A DNA stretch of 64,000 nucleotides from Sminthopsis crassicaudata. Taxonomy: Eukaryota. Shown here in pieces: positions 34,836 through 49,632 of this stretch (within the stretch, counting starts at the first letter, position 1; each line of letters opens with the position of its first letter). The position numbers and the translations under genes are program-made. The notes beneath the pieces are model-generated. The model was not told where the DNA came from and ran no database searches. It worked only from the letters and a program-made list of their open reading frames with translations. The stretch lies in assembly GCF_048593235.1 (NCBI RefSeq), contig NC_133622.1:16926001-16990000 (forward strand), in the 5' to 3' direction.

Positions 34836-35543
34836 ATGGCAACTCCACCTCTATCTCCATTGGAAAACTCCCACTGTGATGCTAAGAAGAGCACTGAAGA
34901 TCCACTATATCTGGAAAAGACAAAGTTAGATAAAAGAAGCCCTAGCAGTGAGTACTGTTCTCTCATGACATTGCTATCTTCCTCTCCTCCCCTGGGGAAA
35001 TGGACCTTATTCCTGATGGTTTTTTACTTTCTTTGGCAGATAATGCCTATTCTCCTATAAGTAAGATAGAAGTTCTGTCATCTTTTTGTGAAATTGCATT
35101 GATGGAAGAGCCAGTGATGGAAGAGCCAGTGGTGGAGCAAGACCTACAGGATGTTCCTGACTTTAGGGACTCAGGGATGGAGTGGTCAGGTAACGCCAGC
35201 TCCCCTTCTGTTATTGTTCAGTTCTCTCTGCAATTTTCCTGACAGAGCCTAGAATGCTTTGCCATTTTCTGTAGTGACCATGTGTATAGATAAGGAAATG
35301 AGGTAAGGAAGAAGTGACTTGCCCAAGGTCATACAACGAGTAAGCCTCTGAGATCCACTTTGAACTCGGGAAGATGAGGCATTGTTGGCCTCAGAGAAGA
35401 GCTGGGGCTGGATTAACAGCAGCTAAGGGCTGAGCCTCCTAGAGCTGGCTAGCATCATTGGGAACATTTACAAAAGCAAAACCCCAGCCAGCCTTCTCCT
35501 GGCTAGAAAGAGATAGGACAAGATTCCAGAAAATGCCAGATCC

Positions 35544-35606
<63 letters not shown>

Positions 35607-38600
35607 ACCTGCACAAGAGCAAGCTTTACATATATGGACACAATAACTAAAGCAATTTGTATAGCTCTTAGCACAGGGGCTGGCACAGAGTAGGTGTTGA
35701 ATAAAAGCTTATTCTCTTCCTCTTTGTTTTTGCAGAGAGAGACACCACAGGGAAAATAATTGCTGTCTTCAGAGAGTTTGGAAAAGGGATCCTCCTCCTG
35801 GGATTTCTCTACTTCTTTGTATGTTCCTTGGATGTTCTCGGCAGCGCTTTCCTACTGGTTGGAGGTATGAGAAGCGATATCAGCACAGATCAAAAGTTTC
35901 TGCGTGGCTTTTGTAGCTTAAGAGTTGCTTTTGGTTCAGCATGTAGCCAACCAACTAGCCAACTCAACCCAAGTAATGTCCCCTTTCTTAAACTCTTCCT
36001 GGCCAAGATGTCTCATCTTTTCATCCACTCCAGAGACGTAGATGCTTCTCCATTCTTTCTGCCCTTCTCTCTTCCCTCTTCCCTACTTACACTCTAGTCT
36101 TTGGGGAAAAGACACTTTGGGGAATAGGAATCAAAAATTTGTGTGGAAGGATGTGATAGTTGGGCACCTTAGGTCATCAGATAAAAGTTGCGTTGAGGGT
36201 GACCCTCTGTATCTTTGCATTGATGTCTGAATCATAGCTTTGGGTTCAGAGATTGGCATCTGTGTTAGATGCATCTTTGGATGTTAGATGTTGTGTTGGC
36301 AACAGAAATGGTTTCAAGTGGAAAGAGTGAGAAGTCAAATTTGTCCCCGGAAAGCAACTAGAAAATTGGGGTCGTTTTTGTCCAAATCAGCCTCCCGGAG
36401 ACCTTCCTTAACCCCCTCTCCACAGATTCTTCCCAATCTCCCTCCCTCTGTCTCTGTCTCTCTCTTTCCTCTAATAACCCATATCAGGAAAGGGAATAAG
36501 CATTTCTAGATCATTTATGTGGCAATCCCCGCTCTAAGCAAATTCAGCCCTCACTGTCCTCTGCCACATTGCCTTCCTCAGCAGCCAGTGACTCTTCTTC
36601 ACTCCTCCTTCCCCCACAGGGGCCTCTAACTTTGGTCTATGGCCCAGAAGTCCCTAATATAACCACGTATAATTTAAAATTTTCCATTCTCTTTGCAGGG
36701 AAAATGGCTGGGAAGATTTTCCAAGATGGTTCAGTGTTGAACAACCCTGTGGCTGGCTTGATGATTGGCGTGCTGGTGACAGTCCTGGTGCAGAGTTTCC
36801 TCACCTCTATATCCATTGTTGTCAGCCTGGTATCCTCTTCACGTGAGTCAGCACGTTCCCCTCTCCCCCAGTGCCCCAGTCCCTATGCCAAACTGGATCT
36901 CTTGAAAGAACTTCATGCGAAATTTTAGAACTGTGAAATTGTTCCCTATGTGCCCCAGAGTCATCATCTCCCCGATTTTCCATCCTTCCAAGCTTGCTAC
37001 AGTCTCGATCCGAGCCATGCCCACATATCCCAACATTGCTGCCAGTGGTCTCGTTTTTTGCTATGGGTAAAGGTCCAGTTGCCCTGCCCCACTTAGAGCC
37101 GTGGGCACCTGGTTGCCGCTGTAGGGAGTTGTTCTTCACCCAGATCTTCAAGCAAAGACTGGGTGACTGACTGGTTGGAGACATTGTAGAAAAGATTCCT
37201 CTTTCTTGGTCTTCATAGTTTCCCTAACTTTTTGCTAAGTTAATTCCTTGGCTTGTTGAAGCTTTTCCCTACGAATTTCCCTATTTTCTTTTCATTTTCT
37301 TTTTTTCCTTTGACAGTGCTGACAGTAAAGGCAGCCATTCCCCTCATCATAGGAGCCAGTATTGGGACTCCAGTGACCAAGACCATCGTGGCCCTCATGC
37401 AGGCTAGAGACAGAAATGGGTTCCACAGGTAGGTAGCTTTGTTTTTTTTTTTTTTAATCACTGCTGTAACTGTATTTTATAAAGGTGAGAATCTTTACTC
37501 TGCTCTAGATACTCATCTTGCTCTTCCAGTGGTTCTTTCAGAGTGTGGAATAACTACTCAGAAGTTCACATAATTCAGCTGCGATTTCAATAACCTTGAA
37601 TTGATAATGATTTCATTAAGATTAAGAAGAATAGTTAAAATCTGGCCTCAGACATTCTTTATGGCATATGATTGTGATGGAATGCTATTGTGCCATAAGA
37701 AAGGATGGGGGGGGTATAATTTCAGAGTGAAAAAAACCCATCACATTAATTGCTTTGTTTTTTTCTCTCTGCTTTAGGGCTTTTGCTGGAGCGACTGTCC
37801 ACGATTACTTTAACTGGTTGTTAGTGCTGGTGCTGCTGCCCGTGGAGGTGGTCACTGGCTACCTCTACCACCTCACCGATCCCATCGTGGAAACCTTTAA
37901 TATCAATAGCGAGGAAAATGTCCCTGACCTCCTGAAAGTCATCACCGATCCCTTCACCCAACTCATTATCCGGGTGAGCATCAAGACTCCCTCTGACTTT
38001 AATATGAGTATGAAATGGTGCCAGTGGTGGACTAGGTTCCTGTGAAAGCAGAGCTCTAAGTCTCTTCCCCCAATCTGTAGTGCCGGTTAGACATGCCTTT
38101 CCTTGCTCTGACTCCCCCATTTTATTTGAGGGAGTGGAGCTAAAGGGCTTGCTTGGCCCTCCACATTGGCAGTTGTGTTCTTCAGCACCCCCATTCTGCC
38201 ATTTGGGGCCCAATCACTGTTTTGTTGGTTGCTTTGTTGCCTTTCTGAACCAGGCACTGGGAGATATGATGACCAAATGCGAGCCCCTTCAAGGCTTCAA
38301 GGAGCTGGTGGTACTGGCCCCCCAGAATAGGGCAAAAGGGTCTATCTGGCCTGATGGGGGTCAGGTTAAGATGAGACAGTCCCATGTAGAAGTGAGGTCC
38401 TTGGGGAACGAGACCAATCTGTGTCCCTTTTATATACATCAGGGTTTTGTCTTCTGTGCACTGGAGCCCCTGGGAGAGTAACTTTTCAGTCACAAATTAT
38501 AGGTGAGGAACAAGCTAACTCTTTCCTCATGTGTGTTGCTTTTCCAGCTGGATAAAAAAGTCATAAATGAAATTGCTATGGGAAATGAGGCAGCCAAAAA

Positions 38601-41270
38601 CAAGAGCCTGATAAAGACTTGGTGTAAAAGAGCAAAATATGTGGTAAATATCAGCTCTATACCAAAGCTCTCCTCACCCTGCCTTAGTTCTACCTCAGAC
38701 TCTGTGGAGCAGAATGCTTCTCTAAGACAGAGCTAAAGCAAGTGATGCTCAGGTCCCCATTCCAGGGTAACAGTGCTCAGGCTGAGTGCAGCCCAGCTGA
38801 CCTTCAGAAGTAACCCAGAGTCTGGACTTTAGATGCTCCATGGTCTATGGACCAAGCACAGAGACCGAAGGACTTTTCTAAGCATTATGGGGAAGGTGGA
38901 GTAGAGAAGACTGGGAAAGTGAGGATTCATTGGCTAGTAGGCCATGTGCAATGAAATCGATTTTTCCAAAATAACTATTTTCAATAACAAGCTTTTTTTC
39001 CTTTATTGTGTCATCTAGGCATTAAGAAATGTTACTGTTCCCTCACCAGAAAACTGTAACTCTCCCAGCTTCTCCTGGACCAATGGGAACACGACCTGCA
39101 CCGTCATGAACACAACATCTAAACAGAACATTGCAAAGTGTGAGTAGGAAATCTTTCAGTTAAACCTCATGTCCTCACATTTTAAGTCTTTTTAGAAATC
39201 CAAAATGGCTTTTTATAAAATCTGTGTGGGACCAGGGCTAAATGTTATTTGTATTTAATTTCAATATCTCCTGAGATCTTTTGGGGAGGACTGTGTAAAT
39301 CGCTGAATTACAACCACTTTTTGTAAGAGCTAGTGCTGGGTAGAACACTGTTTCTGGGTTAAGTGATGAAGAGGAAGAGAGAGATGATGACGGGTGGCTG
39401 CTCCGGTTCCCACAGGCAAACACACATTTGTGGATGTCGGTCTCTCTGACCTGACCATTGGACTCATTCTCCTGGCCCTCTCCTTGCTGGTCCTGTGCAC
39501 CTGTTTGATCCTGATTGTCAAAGTCCTGAACTCTATGCTCAAGGGACAAATTGCTACGGTGATTAAGAAGACCATCAATACAGGTAGAATTCCTCCCTTC
39601 CTGGGCCTTCCTCTGGTCCTCTACTTTTTCTGTCTCTAAGTTTGAAAATTCTATGTTCTGAGAAAATGAATTTGTAAATAAAGAAATCATCGCTAAGGTC
39701 ATTGTAAATACAAAAGGGCTCTAGAAATGTCACTGTCCTCAGTAGTTGGCCAGGGATCATTGTCCCAAGCTGCTCCATCTCCCTCCTACCTTATACACAA
39801 ACACAGAAGAAGAATGTCCAAGGAAAAGGAATCAAGCGGGCAGAGCATGGCTGTGGTGGCCCTCTCTGGCCACCCAAAATAATCAGATATTCTCATTAAA
39901 ATCCTAAAAATCATCACAGTTATTAATAAAATTAAAGAACAGTTATTAGGCAAGAAGGAGTGGGCTGACTGTAAGAGATAGCACAGAGGGCTTAGAGAAA
40001 GGAATATGAATTCAAATCCTCCAAGTAAGTCACTTGTCTTCTGTTTACCCCACTTTCCTCCTCTGTTAGCATGAGGATAAAATCTACCTCCCAGAGTTTT
40101 TTTTGTTAGGATGAAATAGCGATTTGTCAGGACACTTGGACAAACGGGGCCTTTTCTTCTTTCCCCCAGATTTTCCTTTTCCTTTTGCCTGGCTGAAGGA
40201 CTACCTCACCATTCTTGTAGGAGCTTGGAGTACATTTCTGGTGCAGAGCAGCTCTGTGTTCATGTCTGCCATCATTCTTCTGTTTGGTGAGTTCTCCCTT
40301 TTCCTCCCATTTCCTCTTGCCCATGTCCATGTCTCCATTTTTACATTGGTCTTGCCATGCTGAGTCATTCCCAGCCAGGACTGAACCTGTATTCCCTCTC
40401 CCCCCTTAGGCATCAGAGTGATCAGCCTGGAGAGAGCGTACCCCCGGACCCTGGGCTCCAACTTCGGCACCACCACCATGACCATCCTGACTACTCTGGC
40501 CAGCTCTGGAAGCACTTTGCCAGATTCCCTCCAGGTCAGAATGCACAGTTGGGACCTTCTGTTCTTTCCTCAACTTCCCACTCCATCCTTCCCATAAGCA
40601 CCGGGGTTCCTTTTTTGAAAGATCCTCCATATCCCAAAGGGTCGCTGGTTGCTGCAGAGGTCTCAGCTGCCTCTGAACAGTGACTTGGGGGCTAGAGAAC
40701 CATCCCTAGCTCTTGTTCTCACAAGCTGAATTTCCTAAGAAATGACCATATATCTACAGCTTGTGTCTTAATAAACAAATCAGGATGGTGAAGTTTCACC
40801 CCCATCTGCAACTAGTCCCCTGTCCCCCACATAGATTGGTATGGATAACTTCCCCTCTTTGCCCTCCTTTGAGTCAGAAAACGAGAAAAGGTGGAAACAA
40901 TGTCTGACTTGTTTGAAGTTTGAGTATGAATCTCAGCTGTTACTTGCTAGGTGACTGGTATAGATCCAAGCTCTGTGTGCAGTGGGGGGGGGGGACAAAG
41001 GTCCCGGGAATATGGCATGTGAACGAGCATCTTTTTAGATTCCAGTGAAGCTGGCATGGTGATGATGGCAGTACATACTTTTCTTCCCTCTGATTCCCTC
41101 CCACCTAATTCCAGCTAACTGCTCTCTCCCCAAATTTCCCATTTCCACAGAGTATGAAGGAAAGGGCCACCTGGACTGAGGAAGAACAAGCATTCCTCCA
41201 ATCCCCTGTCACCTATTTGAGGACATATGGACCCTTATCCTGGTCTTCCACTGTATGTAACTCTACCTGA
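34836..41270 (+). CDS. SLC34A2: SLC34A2-like gene alpha2: exons 2-12 intact, putative new terminal exon
   Basis: Exons 34836-34947, 35040-35189, 35736-35864, 36699-36842, 37317-37428, 37778-37973, 38548-38643, 39019-39139, 39416-39583, 40170-40286, 40410-40534, putative 41151-41270. Open frame and GT-AG throughout. Confidence 0.88.
35546..35599. repeat. (TG)27 microsatellite, intron 3 of alpha2
   Basis: Direct count. Confidence 0.95.
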
Positions 41271-42773
41271 ACAGATGTATAGTCAGCGATTGTATAGTTT
41301 TTCTATTGGATAGTAAATAACATGTATGAGTCAGATTTTATATTGCTCACCTTTGGAAGGAAATATTTAATTACAAAATATCTTTATCTAAATAGTCAAT
41401 ATAAGCAAGAACATCTGTATATATTGTCAATTTTGTTATGTTTACAATAATTTTATTAAAAAAAATTTCAACAATCACTACCATTCATTCTTTTTGCTTA
41501 GTAGAATGTGCCACATAGGAAAAGTCCTCAGCCAACTCCTTTTTACTTCATTTCTTTCTTTTTTGTTTACATGTATAATTCCACATATATTTCCATATTT
41601 GTAACATTGTGCAATAAAAATCTGATCAATTCAATCCACATTCAGTGTCCATTGTTTTTTCTCTAGGCATGGATAACATTTACTTACTCCTTTTTTAGGT
41701 GTACTTTTAAGGTGTAAGGTGTAAGTCATAAGTTTTTCTAGAAAAATTTAAGATTATGAGGAAACATCTGTGCTGTACGGTAGAGTAAAATATGTTCTTT
41801 TTCATATCATCTTTATTGGTAGAATTATGTAACACATATTCTAAATATACATTTCAAGCTTCTGAATTACAAAAACAATAGGTTATGAAAAGTTATTACA
41901 CGAAGTGAAACTGCAGAAAACTTTAAAATTAAATCTGAAAAAACACAACATATCTGATGGTCAAGAGGAGATAAATCACAACTTTGCATACACATTATTA
42001 AAACATTAAAGAAAATAAGATGACTCAACACTGCACCATGTATATATTCTTATACAATTGATATATATGATAAATGAAACATATATGGAACCTTTTATAG
42101 GACAGACCGCCAATGAAATAGTATTGTAAACAACTTTACTAATAAAGTTTGAAGTAAACTCCCAATGGAATTGTGGGGTGAACAGTATAAAACACACGTT
42201 TTATTACTGTGACTTTTTCAGTTCTGTCCCAACTCTCCATGACTCCATTTGGGATTTTCTTGGCAGAGATATTGGGATGGTTTGCCATTTCCTTCTCCCT
42301 TTCATTTTTTGTACTATCTTTTAAACTTGTTCATAAGCATACTATAAATACAGAAGCTATGTACCTCCTGATCTCCTTTACACTTTGTGTGTCTTTTTCC
42401 ATTTGGATTATTCATGTGATCTGTGTACATGGTGTGCTTTGATATATTTTTGGAAAGACATTGTCTAAGAAGACTGGATTACAGAAGTTGCTTGATTATT
42501 TTTTTCCTTTAGAGTTCCATGCTCAGAGATCCCCAAAGGACTGTAATTTTTGACCAACGTTATCTTAATTTGGTATTTATGTAGTTTTAAAGGTGCACAG
42601 ACATTGACATTTAGAAGAAATAAGAAGTTGTCTTCCTCTGTATGAAAAATAATGTCATGTGATTAAGAAAGAGGCGAGTAAGACACTTTTAAGTCCAATA
42701 AAGAGTTGAAGTGAGAGAATTGTAAAGCTCGTCTCAGGAGGCGACTCCTACATTATTAAAGGGGAGAAGAACT

Positions 42774-43020
42774 GGCTGTGTTTGTTGGTTGACATGTGCA
42801 GTCCTTGCTCCTAAGGAGCTGAGGCTGGTGGATCCTTGGAGCCCTGAAGTTCTAAGGTGTTACAAAGCTCATGAGCCCATCAGGTGTCTCCATTAAGGCT
42901 GGCTTCAATGGGAAAAGCCTGCAGAAGTGGAAAACCACCATGCTTAAGGAGGGACAGCAGGCTCAGGTGAATAGTGAGTGGCTGTTACACTTCCAATCTG
43001 AGTGAAATAGGAAAACTCAC
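42774..43020 (+). pseudogene. 7SL-derived element (alpha2 copy)
   Basis: Homologous to 9509-9755. Confidence 0.8.
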
Positions 43021-44087
43021 TGGTATGGAGGAAGACAGGAATGAAAAAAGAAGAAAGGAACTTCAGAGATGGTATAGTACCTTTTTTTTTCACTTACTAT
43101 TTTGATCAGGACTTACCTTTTATTATATCTGAACAGGAATTCAAACATCTCCATTTTACTTAACAGATAGCCAAGGCTGGAGTGATTAAACTGTGACATA
43201 TCATTACTTTTAAAAGTTTATTTATTTTTAATATACATTATTTTATGAATTATGTTGAGAGAAAGAATGAAGAAAAAAAAAGCAAAAAGCGAGAGACAGA
43301 GACAGAAGGAAGGGGCTTTACAGATGATTCAGTCTGCTCCTAAAAGAAAGAAAAAAGAAGACATGGAAGGAAGGAAAGGAAAAGAAGGAAGGGAGGGAAG
43401 GAAAAGAAGGAAGGGAGGGAGGGGCTTCCTAGATCTTGTCCAGTCCTCTGATGTTATAAATGAAGAAACTGAGCACCACAGATGAAAAAACTGCATGAGG
43501 TCCCATGGTATATAGCAGAGCTAAAGTCAGAATTCTGTTCTTCTGCCTTCTAGCCAGTGTCTTTCTCCAACAATATCCTACATGGAATTGTGATTCTTTT
43601 TTGTTTGTTTTGGGTATTTTGGGGAAAATAGGGAGTGAGTCACTTGAACTTGGTTTCCTCAGCATGGCCCCTGTCCTATGTTTCAGACACCTATTTGGTT
43701 TTCTCTTTTGTCTCTCCCTGTTTTCCTCCAGAATTCTAGGAATTGAGATAATATTTGAACTCATGTCCTCTTCACTATACTTTGTTTACCTTGCTTCCCC
43801 TTAAATTAGCCATTCTACATCTTTTTGTGTTTTATGGACCTTTTGGGCTATCTATAGATCCTTTCTCCAAATGATATATGTAAATAGATAAAACAAAACA
43901 CATAGGATTACAAAAGAAATCAGTTACACTGAAATGCCATGATCCAATTATTTATTTTATTTAAAAAATTCACCGACCCAGAGCAAGAACTGCTAGAGAA
44001 AAATTAGTGGTGAAATGTGAGGCTATTTTCAATGAAGAAATAGAAAAGCTTGCTTTTTTAAAAAGTCAAAATTCATAGCAGAATTTC

Positions 44088-46140
44088 TTTTTTTTACATT
44101 AAATTTTTTAAAATTAATTTTTAAAATTATATCATTTTCTTTGACAGTACATATGCATAAGTAATTTTATTTTTTACAACATTATCCCTTGTACTCCCTT
44201 GTATTCTGAATTTTCCTCTCCTTACCTCCACCTCCTCCCCTAGATGGCAGGCATTCCCATACATATTAAATATGTTATAGTATATCCTAAGTACAATATA
44301 TATGTGCAGAACCGAATTTTGTTTTTGTTGTTGTTGCAAAGGAAGAATTGTATTCGGAAGGTAAAAATAATCTAGGAAGAAAAACAAAAAAAAATGCTCA
44401 CAGTTTACACTCATTTCCCAGTGTTCCTTCTCTAGGTGTAGCTGATTCTGTCCATCATTGATCAATTAGAATTGCATTAGCTCTTCTCTATGTTGAGATA
44501 TCCACTTCCATCAGAATACCTCCTCATACAGTATCATTGTTGAAGTGTATAATGATCCCCTAGTTCTGCTCTTTTCACTCAACATCAGTTGGTATAAGTC
44601 TCTCCAAGCCTCTCTGTATTCCTCCTGATGGTCATTTCTTACAGAACAATAATATTCCATAACATTCATATACCATAATTTACCCAACCATTCTCCAATT
44701 GATGGACATCCATTCAACTTCCAGCTTCTAGCCACTATGAAAAGGACTGCCACAAACATTTTGGCAAAGACAGGTCCCTTTCCCTTCTTTAGTTAATTTC
44801 CTTGGGATATAAGCACAGAAGAAACACTGCTGGCTCAAGGGGTATGCACATTTTGATAACTTTTGGGGCATAATTCTAGATTGCTCTCCAGAATGGCTGG
44901 CTTTTTTCAGAACTCCACTAACAATGCATCAGTGTCCCAGTTTTCTCACAGCCCCTCCAACATCATCGTTATTTGTTCCTGTCATCTTAGCCAATCTGAC
45001 AGTTGTGTAATGATAACTCAGAGTTGTCTTAATTTGCATTTCTCTGATCAGTAGTGATTTGGAACCCTCTTTCATATGAGTGGAAATAGTTTCAATTTCA
45101 TCCTCTGAAAATTGTCTGTTCATATCCTTTGACCATTTGTCAATTGGAGAATGGCTTGATTTCTTATAATTAAAGTCAATTCTCTGTATATTTTGGAGAT
45201 GAGGCCTTTATCAGAACCTTTAACTGTAAACATGTTTTCCCAATTTATTTTTTCCCTTCTAATCTTGTTTGCATTAGTTTTGTTTGTGCAGAAACTTTTT
45301 AATTTGGTTTAACCAAAATTTTCTATTTTGTGATCAATAATGGTCTCTAGTTCTCCCTTGGACACAAACTCCTTCCTCCTCCACAAGTCTGAGAGGTAAA
45401 CCATCCCATGTTCCTCCAATTTAATTAAGATTTCGTTCTTTATGCCTAAATCTTGGACCCATTTTGATCTAATCTTAGTATGTGGTGTTAAATGTAGATC
45501 CATGCCTAGATTCTGCCATACTAATTTCCAGTTTTCCCAGCCATTTTTGTCAAATAATGAATTCTTATCCCAAAAGTTGGGATCTTTGGGTTTGTCAAAC
45601 ACTAGATTGCTGTTTTTATTCACTAAGTGAGTTTTTTCCTTCTATGGAATTTTTTCCCATTTTATCCATTTTATTTTTTAGAGAGCTGTTTTCTTCATCC
45701 AGCTCACTAATCCTGTTTTCCTTAGAGTTGTTAACTTTTCCAATTCACTAATTTTGTTTCTGAATGATTTGATCTCTTTATCCACTCTGGATAACTTCTC
45801 CAGGCTCTCTTGCCAAGCTTCCCTTTCCTTTTCCCATTTCTCTTCCAGCTCTCTTGTGAGAGCCCTTTTGATTTCCTCTATGAGATTCTTTTGTATTGAG
45901 GAGCAGATCATATCCCCTTAAGGGATTCCTCTGGGGACAGTCTGTTTTTAGTCTCCTCAGTATTTGAAGTCTACTCTCTCTCCATACAGAAGCTGTCAAT
46001 GCTTAAAGCCCTTTTGAATTTTTTGTTCATTTTGTCAGAGGGGAATCGAAGAAAACAAATTGACAAGACAAACAATTGATCTGTTTTTGGGGGATGGGGC
46101 TGGATGGTGTTAAAGGGCTTCTTCTACAGACTGGGGGGGA
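44088..46140 (-). mobile_element. L1 LINE, internally deleted (copy 2)
   Basis: Near-identical to 10823-12879. TSD AGAATTTC at 44080-44087 and 46141-46148. Confidence 0.9.
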
Positions 46141-49100
46141 AGAATTTCAATATAATGTAGGCTCTTTGAAGGAAGACTTTTTTTTACTTTCATTTATGTT
46201 CATTTTTCATTTTACTTTCATTTACCCAGTGTCTAATAGAGGACTTTGCACATCGCTGATTCTTAGTAACTCTTTTTTGAAGTAAATAAAAAGTAACATG
46301 TAAAAACTATCAGAACATTTTCATTTCTTTCTTGGGGCCAGTGCTAAATAAAAAGAGATTTAATTCTTTCTTTATTCATTCAATTAATGTTTGCCAAGCA
46401 CCTACCAAGTGCTAAGCTACTGTGAACCCTATAAGTAAATGAGGCATTTACAGGGTTACATCACTACTAGAAGTATAGAATTTTAGAGCTGGGAGAAACA
46501 TTATAAGTCATCTAGTCCCTATAAGAATCCCCTTTTTAAAAATATGAACCTTGTCCAAAAATAATATAAAATAATGTATATCCTTTAACCTAGCCATAGC
46601 ATGAGTAGACATGAATCCTGAATAAAATTTTTAAGAAAGAAAAGGAACCTATAAGTCCTACGAAAATATTTTCAGCAGCTTGTAAAGAGCAGCAACTTTG
46701 GAGAAATTTACTTGAGGCTCAGTAGGATTGATTTAATCTTCCAAGGTGTTAACTTGTAGAACTATTGTAAGTTCATGTAAACTAGGTAGCTATTATCTTC
46801 TCAATTCCACTGAGTTAATACCTTTTTTGTGCTCTCATTTTGGGGATTCCCACCTCCTTGAGAAGTCAGGGAGGGCATGCCTACCTATGTTCAAAAACAA
46901 AAGAAATGGGGTGATGTAGAGAGCCAGAACTTTAGAGAAATATATTCAAAATAAGGTTTAACACCTCAGTGGAGTTGATAAGATAAAGGTTATTTACTTT
47001 ACCTGCACTTAGTATAGTTCTACAAGTTGACACTTGGCAGTAGAATTAAATCACTCATACTGAGCCTTAATTATATGTCCCCAAAGTTCCTGCCCTTTAC
47101 AGCAGCTCTCTTCTCAGAACAAAAAACTGGAAACTGATGGGATGCCCCTCAATTGGGGAATGGATGAATAAATTATGTCATGTGATTCTGAAAGAACATT
47201 ATTGCTCTATGAAAAATGATGAGCAGGATGTTTTCAGAAAAACCTGGATAATTGTACACAAATTCAAGCAAAGTGAAATACACTGAAGTGATAGTAAACT
47301 TCTAGGATGATCAGATGGGAATGACTTTGGGATTTTGTAACAATCAAATGAGATGTTTCTAAAGTTTTTAACACAGTATGTAGAACATAGTAAATGCTGT
47401 ATACCTGTGAGCTATAACTGTTCTCCAAAGTCACAGAGAAAGTTAGGAACAAGTGCTCTAACTTTAGATCCAGTGTTCATTCTACCATTCCACAGGGAGC
47501 CCCCAAGTTCATAGTTCCTGCCCACTTTTTGCCCAATTTTACTCTGCCTCGAATATTGTCGTTTGTACAGTCATGCACAACTCTTTATAACTTCATCTGG
47601 GGTTTTCTTGGTAAAGATCCTAGAGTGGTTTGCATCTCCTCTTCCAGCTCATTTTATAGTTAAGGAACTGAGGAAATCAGGATCCCAAACTATTATGTGT
47701 CAGAGATTAGATTTGAAAGTCTTCCTCATTCCAAGTGCAGCATTATATGCAGTGCAGCACCTAGACTTTCCCAATAACAGTATTTGTACTTTGTTAGAGA
47801 TTCATGTGTGGGGCAGCGAGAGATGGAGGGAGGGGACAGAGAGAGACAGAGAAAGACAGACAGACAGAGAGAGACACACATAGAGAGAAAGACAGAGAGA
47901 GATAGAAAGTTCAGGGAAAGTTTCAAGTAAAAGGCTATTTTTGAGCTGACCTTTGAAGGACTATAGTGATTATGTGCAAGAATAGAAAATAGCACATCCA
48001 TAGTCCTTAGTTAATTTAGTTAACACACAGTGCTGAAAGAATGATAACTGATTGGTAAATGGGGAAAAATAGCTTCCCATCTGAAATGATGATATTTAAA
48101 GGAAAAGTTGTTGATCGATTAGTTGGGTGACACTTCACCTCACATACTCATCCTTCCTCCCCCTCAAATTCTCTCTGAAATTGTTATTGAAGGGTTAAGA
48201 CAAGTACTCGATAAATACTAGAAGTCGTGTTCCAATAGAACAATAATGGGACTCAATGAAATTCTCTCCTCAATCTCAAAGTATGATCTACAATTTGCTT
48301 CCTAGATTGTCTTCACTAATTGAGCCAAAGTCACCACTGTGCATTTGAATGTTGGAGTTCACCTTTCCCAGTCTGGAATAATAATGTGGAAAGACAGTAG
48401 GTGCAGATCAGGCCCAGTGAGGGTTTTGTGATTTATCACTGGGGATTCTTCCAGAATTGGAAGATGATAGATTGGTCCTGCAACTCCTTGAGGAGAAGGG
48501 AAGCCTCTACTGACCAGGACAGTTTGGTCCTTTCTGACTGGTGGCTTGAAGTGAAAGAGGAATCGGCCTGGAAGTCACAGATAGTGCCAGCAGTCCCGGC
48601 AGCAGCTCTCAGCTGCAAAGCTGTTGGGTAGGGAGTAAGTACATATAATAGAAGTCCCATGGAGGCTAGGAAGATACTTCTGTTGCAACTCTTGATTCCC
48701 TCTCCAGCCCCCTTCTCCCCCATAGTAGTTTATTTGTTCCAATAACATGTAAACATTATTTTCAGCATTTACTTCTATAAGATTTTGAGCTACACTTTTT
48801 CTCCCTTCCCCTCTCCTAGATGACAAGCAATATGATATAGTTTTCTATCTAGGTGCAGCATTTCTTTTCCGAGTCTGTTTTTGTTTGGGTTGTTTGGAAG
48901 GCTGTTTTGGGACTAGACCTGTGAACTCATCAATAAATGGAATGGAGGATGAAGGACTTGCCCACCAAGGCTACTTGACACCTCTTCAACTTGGATAGTT
49001 AGACAGTGGTGTGGGCCACTAGGAAGTTCAGTGATGTGCCTTGAGTGAAAAAGATACTAAAGTGAAGGGTGAACCAAGTGATCAGCCCAAAGTCTTGAAA

Positions 49101-49319
49101 TTCTTGATTGAACCCCAATAAAGACCAATGGATTCTCATTAGACATCAACCTTTTAATGCACTGGACCCCCTGCTCTGCTTCTCCCTAGTTTGCATTTCT
49201 TTCTGCAAAATGAATGAGAACCTGAGGAAAACGTTCACTTGGAAATCCGCTGATGGTGGGTGGGAGGTTCTAGGAGGTGAGATCAGGTGCCTGAGGAGGT
49301 AAACAGTGTTGGCTTTTTT

Positions 49320-49632
49320 CCAGAGGGCCCCAATCAGCCAGCCTTCCCACCCAATCCTTCTCAAATCGAGAAGCGGTCCTCCCGGTGGATGAAGCCAGAG
49401 CAGAAGACGAAGCTCCTTTGGCGTCTCCTTCCCTTCTTCTGAAGGAACGTTCCTGGGCCTCCGGGGAAACTCGCACCGAAGTCTCCACAACTCTCAGTGG
49501 GCTGAATCGGGCTCCTGGCTCCTCTGGCCGGGCTAAGGATTGGAAAGAGAAGGGACCCTGCTTGAGTCTCAGCGCACGTTGCGGCCGCTTTCAGCACCGT
49601 GGACAGAGATCCCCCTCTGACCACAGGTAAGC
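49320..49632 (+). promoter_or_regulatory. Putative promoter and non-coding exon 1 of beta2
   Basis: CCAAT at 49330 and 49351, donor at 49626/49627. Copy of 16060-16373. Confidence 0.55.
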
